A stretch of 64,000 nucleotides of DNA from an uncultured Methanoregulaceae archaeon (GCA_963737635.1 CAVTTL010000001.1:192001-256000), one strand, 5' to 3'; numbered from the stretch's first letter, positions 21,585-32,712 are shown. The notes: a model not told the origin generated them from the sequence alone. Numbers and translations: made by a program.

Positions 21585-23413
21585 TGAAGCGTGGAAAAAG
21601 TCAGGTCCTTTTTCGATATTTACCTGAATGTATCATAGATCATTCCGATTCACAGGCTATCGTAAAGATCATCTCATGGGATGCCGTTAAATCTGAAACA
21701 ATTAACGAATCGCGATTATCTTCAGAAGTGATTAGGAGACTTGATCGATTCAATAGAAAACATGGCTTTCCTACAACACCTCGTCCGGAATCGTTTGTCT
21801 TTCTTGAGCCAAAGTCGATCGATGTAGAATTATTTCCCCTAACTTTTGTCTGCAATAACTGTGGCAAATCTTATTCTTTTGACAATATTAGCCAATTTAC
21901 ACACCATTTCGGGGCTGCCGGATACCATTGTTCGTGCGGCGGGAATCTGCGACAACTGGATATGATTAATTATCATAAATGTGGAAAAATGTCCGGCCTA
22001 AAAATTCGGCCCTGCCCTACTCACGGCTTTCAGTTTATCCAACTTCAAACTAACAATAGCAGCCGAACCTCAAATTGGAGATGGAGATGTAATATTTGTG
22101 GGCGTGAAACAGGCGATGTATCTGAATGGTGTAGCGAATGCAAGCAACCAATGGAAACTGCCCCTTTCAGAAAAAGTCAGGTATTCTACCCTCATTCAAT
22201 ATCACTGATCAATACTGGAGGGATAGGCAAATTAGTAAACTATAGCGATTCAGATCTGCTAAAACTCTACATCGCGCAATACCTCGGAATGATCTCCAAA
22301 GAAAAATATCTGGAATATCGTGATTCTTCAAAAGATAATGAACGGAAAAAGAACGCCGAGAAAATACGTCAAGAATTGCTCGCGAAGGGTTTTCCGGAAG
22401 CCCTCATTAGCGCCGCCGTTGGGGCGGTTGAAGGTTCAGAGGACCATAAAAAACGCCAAGAAATTATTATGAATATAAACAAAGGTCTTGGCGTTGAGGG
22501 CGATGCTTTGGTGTCTTTAGTTTCATCATTGCAAAGTTTTCAGGATGCAGTAAATCTTCCCGAAACAAAAAATTTAAAAAATGTAATGGATGAAGCAAAA
22601 GTAAGGAATGATCCCAATTATAGACAGATCACTGAATTTCCGAAAGCCTTGGAGATGGCAGGGATAAATGAAGCGTACGTTGTAAGCGACCTTCCAGTAG
22701 TATCAGCTGTTTTTGGCTATTCGCGATCAACGCCAAACCCCGCTGAGTGTACATTGAGAGGATTTAATTTTGACAGGAAATATGAGGATAAAACTCCTAT
22801 TTATGTAAATCCGACGGAAACTGAAGGAATAATAATTGTATTCGATCGATGGAAGATACTCCGTTGGATGCAGGAAAATCAATTTGTATTCGAAATCCCC
22901 GATAAGAATGATGCACAGGGATTGAAGCAATGGTTCTTGCAAAAGATCAGATCTAACGAAATTCCAATTTATGATGAAATTCCTAACGTTCAGGCAGAAA
23001 CCAAAATGGTTTATTCGTTGATTCATACACTATCTCATATACTTATAAAAAACGCTGCGGGACTCGTGGGCATGGATAAGGACTCTCTTGCCGAAATCAT
23101 TTTTCCAACAGTGCCCGCTATTGTAATTTACACCAATAATGCTCATGATTTTCAGATCGGTGGAATGCATACGCTGTTCGAAACTGGAATTATTCCCTGG
23201 ATTAATATGGCATTTGAAAATGTTGAGACCTGCCTTTATGATCCAGTTTGCATTTCTTCAGAAGCATCTTGCCATGCCTGTCTCCATATCAGCGAAATAT
23301 CCTGTGCACATTTCAACAGAGATCTCGGGCGACATTATTTAATTGGGCGAGAAGATGAGCATGGCCGGTTACTAGGCTTTTGGGAGCGCGAATTTCTTAG
23401 AAGGCTGAAATAA
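21584..23413 (+). CDS. drmB: DISARM DrmB, DUF1998 (MrfA-like Zn-binding) protein
   Basis: LIHTLSHILIK and C-terminal CLYDPVC...SCHACLHISEISCAHFN.DL.R; translationally coupled to drmA. Confidence 0.9.
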   Translation: MKRGKSQVLFRYLPECIIDHSDSQAIVKIISWDAVKSETINESRLSSEVIRRLDRFNRKHGFPTTPRPESFVFLEPKSIDVELFPLTFVCNNCGKSYSFDNISQFTHHFGAAGYHCSCGGNLRQLDMINYHKCGKMSGLKIRPCPTHGFQFIQLQTNNSSRTSNWRWRCNICGRETGDVSEWCSECKQPMETAPFRKSQVFYPHSISLINTGGIGKLVNYSDSDLLKLYIAQYLGMISKEKYLEYRDSSKDNERKKNAEKIRQELLAKGFPEALISAAVGAVEGSEDHKKRQEIIMNINKGLGVEGDALVSLVSSLQSFQDAVNLPETKNLKNVMDEAKVRNDPNYRQITEFPKALEMAGINEAYVVSDLPVVSAVFGYSRSTPNPAECTLRGFNFDRKYEDKTPIYVNPTETEGIIIVFDRWKILRWMQENQFVFEIPDKNDAQGLKQWFLQKIRSNEIPIYDEIPNVQAETKMVYSLIHTLSHILIKNAAGLVGMDKDSLAEIIFPTVPAIVIYTNNAHDFQIGGMHTLFETGIIPWINMAFENVETCLYDPVCISSEASCHACLHISEISCAHFNRDLGRHYLIGREDEHGRLLGFWEREFLRRLK

Positions 23414-23556
23414 TGGTCTATCTAATAGCCGCCAATATCACAATGCATTGTTTAAAAAATAATTTTGAAATTGACGTTATTCTCAAAGGGGCAATAGTGA
23501 GACCTCTTTCTGGCATTACTGCTCATGTAGGGGCAACTTGGTTCATGTCGATTTAG
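23413..23556 (+). pseudogene. 47 aa remnant resembling the C-terminal part of a phospholipase-D-family DrmC
   Basis: ATG overlaps drmB stop (TAATG); MVYLIAANITMHCLKNNFEIDVILKG resembles the PLD xxGSANxTxxGLxxNxExxV motif but lacks HxK. Confidence 0.5.
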
Positions 23557-23595
23557 ATAAAGAGAAAATCATTTGAAAACAATGGATGAAGGAAC

Positions 23596-24760
23596 ATGGC
23601 TGAATTAAAAAACGGCATCTTAGATATTTTCTGCGGAGCTGGGGGCCTTAAGCTTAGGATTCCTTCTTGAAGGATTTGACGTTGTTTATTCGAGCGATAG
23701 CAATTCGAGGGCAATAGAAACGATAGAATACAATCATAAGAAAATTCATTTAGCTAAAGAGGAGGAGAATTATCATTGTACTGATGTTGAAGATATTAAT
23801 GGGCTCAATCCACGAAAAGTCAGAAAAATATTTCGAGAACGTGGTTATCGTATTCAAGGGATTATAGGTGGGCCGCCGTGTCAAGGCTTCTCAGTAGCAA
23901 ACAAAAAGACACGCACAATAGACAATCCCGCAAATTCCCTCTTCAGACAATATCTGAGATTAATCGGGGATCTGCATCCAGATTTTATTGTATTTGAAAA
24001 TGTTGTTGGCTTTTTATCTATGGCTGACGGGGAATTCAAAGAGACAATACTAACAACTTTACGTGATCTGAACTATGTGGCTGATTGTAGAGTCCTAGAT
24101 TCCCATTGGTATGGTGTTCCTCAAACCCGAAGGCGTGTAATTATCATTGGAATTAAACGTTGCAAAGTGAAAAAAGACTATAAGGAAAAGATCGAATTCC
24201 CAGAGAAAAAAGTAGATTCTGCACCAACTGTTAAAAATGCTTTTTCTGGCCTCCCAAAGATTAAGATGGGAGAGACTTGCGAAATTCAATCCTATAGACC
24301 CGGACGCATGAGTCGCTACGCAAAAGCATTGCGGTCATCCCCGGAAGTGAAGCTTTCATCGGATAATGTATTAAATCATGTTACAACATTAAGTAACAAT
24401 TTGGTTCTTAAACGGTATAAAATTCTGAAGCAAGGACAAAATTGGGAAAATCTTCCTAAAAGACTTCTCAAGAACTATGACGCTGATAATCGCAAGCATT
24501 CATATATCCATTCCTATATCTACAAACGTCTAGAGGAAGATAAACCCAGTATAACTGTGAGCGATTTCCGCAAATGCATGTTCATCCATCCCAGTGAGGA
24601 TCGAGGATTGTCCGTTCGAGAAGCGGCACGACTCCAATCATTTCCTGACTGGTATGAATTTAAAGGTGAATTGGGCAACAAACAGCAGCAGGTTGCCTGT
24701 GCTGTTCCTCCACTAATGGCGAGGGAAATTGCGAAAGCAATAAAGAAGATGCTAAAGTAA
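23596..24760 (+). CDS. DNA (cytosine-5) methyltransferase, DrmMII-like (frameshift near 23650)
   Basis: Motif I DIFCGAGG after ATG 23596; in shifted frame GGPPCQGFS, FENV, YGVPQTRRR, RGLSVREAARLQSFPD, AVPP. Confidence 0.9.
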
Positions 24761-24770
24761 TTCCTCTCTT

Positions 24771-25178
24771 ATGACTGACTGTTACCCAAAAGAAGTGAGA
24801 AGCAGAGTGATGTCAAACATCAAATCAAAAAATACCAAACCTGAAGTTTTACTGAGGAAATGCCTTTGGAATCAAGGATATCGAGGCTATAGAATACATA
24901 ACAAGACTCTGCCAGGGAAACCAGATATTGTATTCAAGAAACAGAAAATTGCAATTTTTATCGACGGATGTTTCTGGCATAAATGCCCCTTAGATTTTCA
25001 GACGCCAAAAACTAATACAAAATACTGGATAAGAAAGATTGAAATAAATGTCGAACGGGATAAAAAAGTCAATGAGGAGCTACGAAGGGAGGGTTGGATT
25101 GTCGTCAGGATTTGGGAACATGTAGTAAAGAAGGACCCTCAAAATGCTATTGATAAAATCATTCCATTTTTTGATTGA
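24771..25178 (+). CDS. vsr: Very short patch repair endonuclease
   Basis: RSRVMSNIKSKNTKPEV, LPGKPDIVF, FIDGCFWH, RIWEH. Confidence 0.95.
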   Translation: MTDCYPKEVRSRVMSNIKSKNTKPEVLLRKCLWNQGYRGYRIHNKTLPGKPDIVFKKQKIAIFIDGCFWHKCPLDFQTPKTNTKYWIRKIEINVERDKKVNEELRREGWIVVRIWEHVVKKDPQNAIDKIIPFFD

Positions 25179-25301
25179 AGAATACAACTTAAAATTGAAA
25201 CCTACTTAATATTTCAGAATATTGATACCATTCCCAAATATTGAAAAATTGAAATAATTGATTCATATTTTGTAGAATTGAACGAATTCTTGCTCAAAAG
25301 C

Positions 25302-26181
25302 TTATGACTCGTAATCGAATTCAATAATATAAAGCCAACTTTTTTCATATCCTTGAGAAGCTTTTGAATTATATTCCATTGGATATGGGTATATTACTCG
25401 ACATTCAGGATTTTCTAATACAAATAAAAAACAACCCAATGCCATTGGTTTGGTACTTAATGGAGTGTACTGAGATATTATATCGTTTTTTCCGCTCTTT
25501 ATAAATTTGTATTAATTCGTTTCTTGTTTCAAAAGGATCGTTGAAGGGGGCATAGCTGAGATTTTTTACAGTTTGACTCTCTTTTAATATTTCATCATTT
25601 AATAGTAGACAAATATCTTTGAATTCAGGTCGATAGCTTGGAAATCCGTTAATTGGAATCGTTACTTCAGGATTGATTTCATTTGTAACTTCTTTTGCTC
25701 TTTGGCCTTCACCCCCCAATAAAATAATCAATGCGTCGTCCTTTGTAGAATTCTGACACCCAGAAAATGATAGCATATCTTTCGGAGGGGTATTACTTCC
25801 CCGTGTAAAATATGGATCATCATGCTGCTTTTTCTGAATGTCATATGTCTTTGGCTCAGTATAGAGCAAAAATATCTTTTTAATTCTTTTATATACAATA
25901 AGAAATTTCAATAAAATAAAAAAGTAAGGTTTAACCATTACAGAAAAGTCAAGAATTATTGATAATTGATCAAGATCTTTGTACTCTGAATCTATAAATT
26001 CCATAAATGATTCTAATCCAGTAGACTCATCCATCATTTTAACAAATAATTGTTTATCATTTTCATTAAAATCAAAAATTGAGTTAAAATAAGCAATATT
26101 TCGTGATCTTGTTACATTATCTTCAAAAGATTCTTTTCTATCAACTACTTCATTGAAAAAAAAGAGAACTTTCTTTTTCAC
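25302..26181 (-). CDS. Uncharacterised Rossmann-like partner of the PRTase/ATPase operon (frameshift near 25470)
   Basis: ILDFSVMVK, LYTEP..Y, ILLGGEGQR, GFPSY, DPF; shifted frame continues TPLSTKPMALG...VIYPYPMEY...SQG to stop at 25302. Confidence 0.7.
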
Positions 26182-26198
26182 ATTAATATCAGATGATT

Positions 26199-28164
26199 TT
26201 AATAAATTCCAACCAACTGGACACCGTTCTTCGGAATCCTGCCTCGCGTATTATAAGATATTGAAAATTTTGGAGATAGAATGTGATTTAAGACATAGAC
26301 ATCTAACAACGGAGATCCTGGCTTTTTCCCTCTCATCGGTTCTTTTTGTTGCAATATCGACCATTGAACTGCTTTATCCAAAACATCTTTTACTTTAGGA
26401 GATAATGTTGTTTTGTCGACGTAAAAATATGTAACTTCAGGTTCGCTAATCCTCGGATCGGAATACCACGAGGAAAAAATTGCTCCCAAAGATTGAGTTA
26501 AGGATTTAATTTCATTACCATATTCTGGAATGTTTTCGATACTCTTGAAAAATTTTTCTGAACGAATATTTGCAGATTTTGTCTGAAGTTCAAAGTCGAT
26601 ACATTTATTCTTAATCACAGAGCCAGAGGCATAAAAAAAATCGTTTTTAAAACTTTGATAACATAATTCAATAAAATTACGAATTAATCCTGATGAAAGT
26701 TGTCCGAATACCTGGAAGCCGGCATATTCTTTTTGTGTTGGGGGATAATAGGAAATTCAGCTGAAATACTAATGCTAATTTATTTTTGCTATAAAGATCA
26801 TCATATGTTTTTATAATTTCCGATTCAGCATTGGAAGGGGAGCCTTTTTTCTGTTTCAAATATGACTGAGTGATTATCTGTAATTCATCGAGTGAATATT
26901 TCCCTCTGATAATTAGAACCATGCTAAGGATATCAATAAGCGGATTATCAATAGAGATCAAATTTTTCAAAATTGTATCTACATTATTCAGATTATCATT
27001 TTTAATCCGAACAGATAAAATTTCGTGTAATTTTACAACATGCTTTTTTTTCTTATACGTATCAAAATCACAACTTGTATCTTTGTTATTTTCTTTTCCA
27101 AATACAATTTTTCGGGCTTCCATCTCTGGAGTTAATTTTCCCAAAATTTTCTCTATATCGTAATTATTACGATTTTTAAATATTTCCCTTTCTTCCAATC
27201 GCTTATCAGCGATAGCTCGAATAAATCGAAAATAATCTTTGTCTGATACAACATCTTCAAAAGAAATTGTTCTAAAATCTGCATCCTCCATTAAAAATTC
27301 ATCTTTATTCATTGTGTCGAAGGTTTTTAAACCGTAAAATCTGCTACCGATAACAAAAGTAACGGGAGGTTGAACATGCTTAATAAGAGTATTGATAATC
27401 AATTGCTGCATTCTCGATGCATTTTCATATTCGTCTAGTAAAATTACGAATTTTTTCCGTTTAAACGAAGGGATAATATTATTAATTATTTTAGGAACGC
27501 CAAATATCAAATACCCAGACGAAAAAATAAATTCGGATTCAAATTTGGGGTTTTTATTAAACGGAGCATTGTTAATAAACTTAAAAACTTTCTTTGACAA
27601 TGACTCTAACTTTTCAATAAGAATTTCGAAGGATGTATCTCCAATATCCGACTCCGATGACTCAAAAATATATTTATCAAGATCGCGAATCAATTTTTTA
27701 ATCGTATTTTCGTCAACATCCAAATATTCATTTGCTTTAAGATTTTCTAGCATTTGGACATATTTTTTACAAATCACTATTTCCATGTAATGTTTAAATA
27801 TAGTCTCCCATTCAGTATCACCAAGGTTTCGTTTTTCAAAGATTGAAAGCGATGGGCCATCAAATCTATTATAAACCCCAATATAATGCAAATTTGCTAG
27901 AAAATCATTTTTTGAAATATTATCAATTTTTGATCTTTTAATTTGAATTTCATTTGACATATATTTAAGAATCATTGTTTTTCCGCAGCCTCTCCCACCC
28001 ATGAAAAATATCGGAGGTGAAGATATCAATTCAGCTCCATTCTGTATCAAATCAGAAAGAGGACCTGGAGTAATCCAAAATCTTATAATTTCGTCATCTT
28101 CCATGAGATTTGCGTTGAAGCCTGCAAACGGATTAACCATTCTTTCTGCCATATTTAGCTCCAA
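26199..28164 (-). CDS. AAA+/STAND-like (ORC/CDC6-like) NTPase, about 650 aa after frameshift correction
   Basis: N-terminal NPF; Walker A GGRGCGKT; Walker B ILLDEYEN; bridging frame ~26640-26750 reads EYAGFQVFGQLSSGLIRNFIELC, joining ORF 26677..28164 to 26199..26618 (YVLNHILSPKF.ISY.TRG). Confidence 0.8.
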
Positions 28165-29039
28165 TACTTTTTTCTTCTTCTAGGAAATATCGGAACCCAA
28201 TCTTTATTACTAGACCAAATAACTGGAAGTGTGTTATTAGGAATGTTATGATGTAATCCTATAAGAAGTTCTGAATTTTTATATCCCAAAGCATACATAT
28301 CTCCCTCTAAAAAAATTCCGATTTTTTGACACGTGATCTGTGCTATTTTCATATCTGATGCTGAATAACCTGATAATATCTTTGTGTCGGGAGAAAATAC
28401 TTTATACTCTTGAGGTATCATCTCGGCATAAATCAACTTACAATTTGCATCAGATGACTGGATTTTTTTTAAACCTAATTCTGTAACTATCAAAGATAAA
28501 TAGTAAATTTGGATTTTTGGAAATTTTGTAAAAATTCCTGCATTTTTCAAGGATTGGTTAAATTTTAATACCGTATCACCAGTACCAATAAAATCATCAA
28601 CAAAAATCAATGTCTGCGCATCTGGTTTGATTTCATCAATTGAATTAATGAAAATATCTAATGGAAGATCATGAATTTGTCTAAACAGATATGCAAAATG
28701 CGCGCTACTATCTCCATTTTTTCCAATAAATTGTATTTTATTTATTGAGTCATTAAAAGATTTTTCGGCGTCTTTAATCGATATCCCCGTTAGTATTTTT
28801 TCTTTTATCATCTGTCGTTTATATTCAGAGAATGCATGTTTGCATAAATATTTAATTTCAGATTCATTATAATAGATAAATCCAAGTAATAAGTCCATTG
28901 CTAATTGTCGAACATTAATATTTTTTTGAGGTTTGAAATTTTTTATCCAGTCTTCAACATCCTGTTTTGAAATACGCCTCTCCCAAACTACTTCGTTGAC
29001 ATCATTGCAATATTGGAAAAATTTTTCTTCGTCGATCAT
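28155..29039 (-). CDS. Phosphoribosyltransferase-like protein (conflict-system type)
   Basis: PRPP-binding loop LIFVDDFIGTGDT; C-terminal LGY......HHNIPNNTLPVIW....W.PIFPR; overlaps ATPase start. Confidence 0.85.
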   Translation of the reverse strand: MIDEEKFFQYCNDVNEVVWERRISKQDVEDWIKNFKPQKNINVRQLAMDLLLGFIYYNESEIKYLCKHAFSEYKRQMIKEKILTGISIKDAEKSFNDSINKIQFIGKNGDSSAHFAYLFRQIHDLPLDIFINSIDEIKPDAQTLIFVDDFIGTGDTVLKFNQSLKNAGIFTKFPKIQIYYLSLIVTELGLKKIQSSDANCKLIYAEMIPQEYKVFSPDTKILSGYSASDMKIAQITCQKIGIFLEGDMYALGYKNSELLIGLHHNIPNNTLPVIWSSNKDWVPIFPRRRKKYWS

Positions 29040-29386
29040 AAAAATCTATTAAGTTTGTATTCCGTTTGCATCATTTGGATATTTCCATTTTAAAGAATGA
29101 ACTCTCGTATTAATTGTAATTTTTTAAATATAAAATGATTACTTTTTTATTCAAAAAGCAATTCTTCAGGTCGCCGAGTTTTAACTTTATTCTCATACTG
29201 AGATCCACACCCTAAGGAACGATTCAATACTCCCATCTTTCCTTCGTCGTGTAACCTTCTTCCATAAAACTGCTTTAGGATCATCTCCCACCTCTCCGAA
29301 TCGTTCTCACGTCGCCACGCCAGTGTTCATCCCCTGGCCCATCCCGTTTCCATCCAACCAGAATCGCTTCATCGTACCCTTTTCTC

Positions 29387-30004
29387 TCACGGGAAGCTGA
29401 CCGCAGGAATGATATACAATACACCAACGAAAACCACGATGAGAACCGAGACGATCAGTGCACGTGCAGCCCGCTGGGTACTGAGCCCGGCATATTCGCG
29501 GATGCCAAGAACCGTCAGAATGAACGACCACACCGCAAAGAGAATCCCTATCACCGGGATCCAGCCAAAGAGCAGGGACGGGGTCACGCCATACGCGAAT
29601 CCCTTCATCGTCTGGAGAATGCCCTTTCGGCCACCAAGGATAACAACCCAGAGATGGATCCATGCACCGGCAAGGAACAGGAAAACGATCCAGTAAAGAA
29701 GGATGTTGAAAAAGACTGCACATAGAAGCCCGATCCCGCTCGGAGCCCACAACACCAGAGGTAACCCCGTCATAAGCCAGGTGTACAGCCGCAGGTGAGG
29801 TACGAGAGTAACGGAGATCGCGACAATGGCAGAATTCATACATGCGTTGAACAGGAGGAGAACGCCGAGGTAGAGACCCAGGGAATTATCGGTGCCGTCG
29901 TGAATCGTCCGGAATGTTTCGACCGGATCGAGGATGACCCCCCGGGTTCTGGCGATAATACGCTGCATCGCCATCCCCGTTTTCTGCAACCTTTTTACGG
30001 TCAT
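29387..30004 (-). CDS. YIP1-family membrane protein
   Basis: ILDPVETFR, HLWVVILGGRKG..QTMK.FAYG.TP.LLFGWIP, LGIREY..LS. Confidence 0.85.
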   Translation of the reverse strand: MTVKRLQKTGMAMQRIIARTRGVILDPVETFRTIHDGTDNSLGLYLGVLLLFNACMNSAIVAISVTLVPHLRLYTWLMTGLPLVLWAPSGIGLLCAVFFNILLYWIVFLFLAGAWIHLWVVILGGRKGILQTMKGFAYGVTPSLLFGWIPVIGILFAVWSFILTVLGIREYAGLSTQRAARALIVSVLIVVFVGVLYIIPAVSFP

Positions 30005-30763
30005 TTATTTCCCCGGGTAAAATACCAGTATCCCGATAACGACCAGAAAAAGGAGGGTAAGCCATGGTAGTGATAAGAACGAAGGGCTAGGTGAATAAGA
30101 TGACGACAAGAGGACTGAAGGATTGAACACGTAGATTTCGTGTTCCAGCGTTTCCGGAATAACACTCATGATGAAGGTATTCAGGAGCGTTGAGTTATCT
30201 TCCAGACGGCTCGACCCGGCCAGCCCATAATACGCGATGTAATAGCTCTCTCCGGGAAAATACCTCGTACTGAATATCACAAAATATCCTGACGTTCCAT
30301 TACTTTCATATGCCAGAACCGGAACCTGATGAACAGAGTCTTCAGCAATTTCCGGATCCGCAGACATCCGGGACAGTTCCGGGGAAATATCCAGCGTCGT
30401 ATTGGAGACCGTACCGTGCGAGGCAAGATACGCAAAGAGACCGGTCCTCTGCACGGAGAATGCAGTCCAGTCGTTGAAATACCAGCATTCAGAGACATAA
30501 TCTTCACCGGTTTTCTCATCCAGAATATTCCGAGATGCATAATACGGTGACAGAGGGGGAAATGCTGGTACCGGTTCATCGGTTACGGTAAGATACATGC
30601 GGGCAGAAATGTTGATAGTACCGAGGCTCGGCAGAAGATAAGCAGCCCTGTCTTCCAGTGGCGGAGGGGTTGCACCGGCTACTGCTACTATGAATGTGGA
30701 GAGGAAAATGAAGGCGATAAGGAGGATTACCATGCCTGATTTTTGGTTAATCACAATCACCAC
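30005..30763 (-). CDS. Secreted/membrane-anchored hypothetical protein
   Basis: Signal peptide and C-terminal TM; overlaps neighbour. Confidence 0.65.
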   Translation of the reverse strand: MVIVINQKSGMVILLIAFIFLSTFIVAVAGATPPPLEDRAAYLLPSLGTINISARMYLTVTDEPVPAFPPLSPYYASRNILDEKTGEDYVSECWYFNDWTAFSVQRTGLFAYLASHGTVSNTTLDISPELSRMSADPEIAEDSVHQVPVLAYESNGTSGYFVIFSTRYFPGESYYIAYYGLAGSSRLEDNSTLLNTFIMSVIPETLEHEIYVFNPSVLLSSSYSPSPSFLSLPWLTLLFLVVIGILVFYPGK

Positions 30764-31386
30764 TCTCGATGAATTGAACTCAGGATCACCATTGCCGTGA
30801 CGACAATAATGGGCAGTGCTGCCGGGAGGGGGGAAGACTGGGTCGTTGGTGAGGGTTCGATTGTTCTATTTTCGTAGTATGCGCTGGATGCAACTGGAAT
30901 TGTTTGACCCGGGGAGACGGAACTACCGGATGGGAAGATGAAAAATAATTGTCCAGGGGTAAACGTTTCCAAGGGACCATAAATAAACGCCCGATATTCA
31001 TCTGGTTTGGCATCAGGAACGGGGATCTGGCGGGGACCTATACCGAACGTCTCCCACAGGGATGTAGTAACATTACAGGACCAGGTGTTGATCCCATTTT
31101 CTCCGGGTTGTATGGATACGTTTGAATGGAAAGAAGACCCGGCTCCACCGGGGTTAATATGGGTAGTTTCGATTTCAAGGATAAGAGGCCCGCTATCTGA
31201 CGGCAGACTCGTCGTCCCATTAATAAAGAATACCTCATCAATCGTGTGGTTCCCGATGGGATCGATCGTGATAAAAGGCGTTGTGATGGGCGTTATATTT
31301 CCATCATCCGCACTCACTAATGGGACAATTATTACCGCTGCAAGGAATATTGCAAACAATGTGAGAAACATAATTTTTAATTTCAT
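30757..31386 (-). CDS. Secreted hypothetical protein with C-terminal anchor (paralog of 39891..40598)
   Basis: PFITIDPIG.H...EVFF.NGTT.L and SIQPGENGI.TWS shared with 39891..40598. Confidence 0.75.
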   Translation of the reverse strand: MKLKIMFLTLFAIFLAAVIIVPLVSADDGNITPITTPFITIDPIGNHTIDEVFFINGTTSLPSDSGPLILEIETTHINPGGAGSSFHSNVSIQPGENGINTWSCNVTTSLWETFGIGPRQIPVPDAKPDEYRAFIYGPLETFTPGQLFFIFPSGSSVSPGQTIPVASSAYYENRTIEPSPTTQSSPLPAALPIIVVTAMVILSSIHREW

Positions 31387-31499
31387 ATCATTCGACCTTA
31401 CCTGATGGTATATTTAGTATGCGAGGCTTGTACTCAATATCGCGAACTCTAACAATTTAGATCAAAAAAATACTTATTTATTATTAATTTATTAATATT

Positions 31500-32712
31500 T
31501 TAGTGAGTGGTGAAGATAAGCGGATAGTGAATCGAATTCGGCCAATAGTTGGTATTAGCAATATTCAACGTCAAATATGGGAAGAGGGCTCTCTGATAGT
31601 CTGTAGTAATCGGTACTCGGGTAGCAATTGTTGCCATTTGTGTCATGTACGACGAAGGAATAGAATGAAGCTGGTCCAGGCATGAAACTAGGTAAACCTT
31701 GCGCCCATGATTCCAAGTAAACCTCAATTGCAACATTTGAGTTTGGCAGCCAATTTGTGGCAGTCAACGTAGCGGCGGTAGATCTGGATGTATCTTCTGT
31801 AGTTATAGTCCACGTCAATGAATTTGGGTTGTAGAGCATTTGGCCAAGAATCACATCTCCTGAAGATACCCCCGTAACATCATTGGTTTTAACATCTAAA
31901 TCCCCGTTAGTACCGTAAATAAGCCAAGATGCCATACTCCATTCGCCGGATTCGACATTCCATTGTAATACGGGTTGTATTAACACCGGCCAACTGGATC
32001 CAGGCACATTTCCGTTTGATTGTACCCCATCCCAAAGAAATACGGGTGAACCGGGAACAGATTGGCTAGGATTTGAGGGCACAGTCCATTCGGCACCGTA
32101 ATTACCAAGAGATGAGGATGTTGGAGTACCATCTATGCCTTCAACATAGTACTGGGGGTCAGTCACTTGTGGAGTTACCGAAGATGCCGTTAATCCGGTT
32201 GGCGTGCTCAAATCAATCTCTCTAAAGAGCAATACATTTTGATACGAAACATACGCAATATTTCCTGAAAATGTCACAACTGATCCAGATGGGACCCCAT
32301 GTACATGGGTTGCCGGCGTCAATCCATCTGGTGTAGGAATGTTTGTGGAGTTTGCATCTTCTGCAGCGAACAACTGATTCCCGTTTGCATCAAAAACCGT
32401 TGTTATGCCATTTTTTGAATGATAAATTATTGAGCCGTACGGGATTTTCGATATGCTCGGGTTCTGGGATGTTGCAATCAAATGTGTAACATCTGATACC
32501 TGCGTATTGAGATCGGGATCCAGCTCGGTGTTTACAGTTACATGTTTTTGAGATGTATTGAAATGCAGTTGTGGAACTGATAACGTACTTACATCGGATG
32601 CTAAGGAATAATTTATTCCCCCGGACGCGTTCACCATCGGTACCATCACCATCGCTGCCAGCAGGAATGCCAACAGCATAATGCCCATTTTCAAAGTTTT
32701 CATGTATTTCAT
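31500..32712 (-). CDS. Secreted protein with beta-sandwich (G1 glutamic-peptidase/concanavalin-like) C-terminal domain; C-terminus probably frameshifted
   Basis: Signal peptide; AEWTVPS.P...VFLW.G.Q...LIQPVLQW...W motif; YLES. Confidence 0.55.

Larger units (their letters stand above)
15430..29160. mobile_element. AT-rich defence island (DISARM-II-like operon plus convergent PRTase/ATPase operon); boundaries approximate
   Basis: Visibly abrupt shift to AT-rich sequence relative to flanks; gene content; no integrase or att repeats recognised. Confidence 0.65.

Noticed and set aside
15300-29300. att sites, integrase or transposase for the defence island
   Set aside because: No flanking direct repeat or recombinase ORF could be recognised by eye
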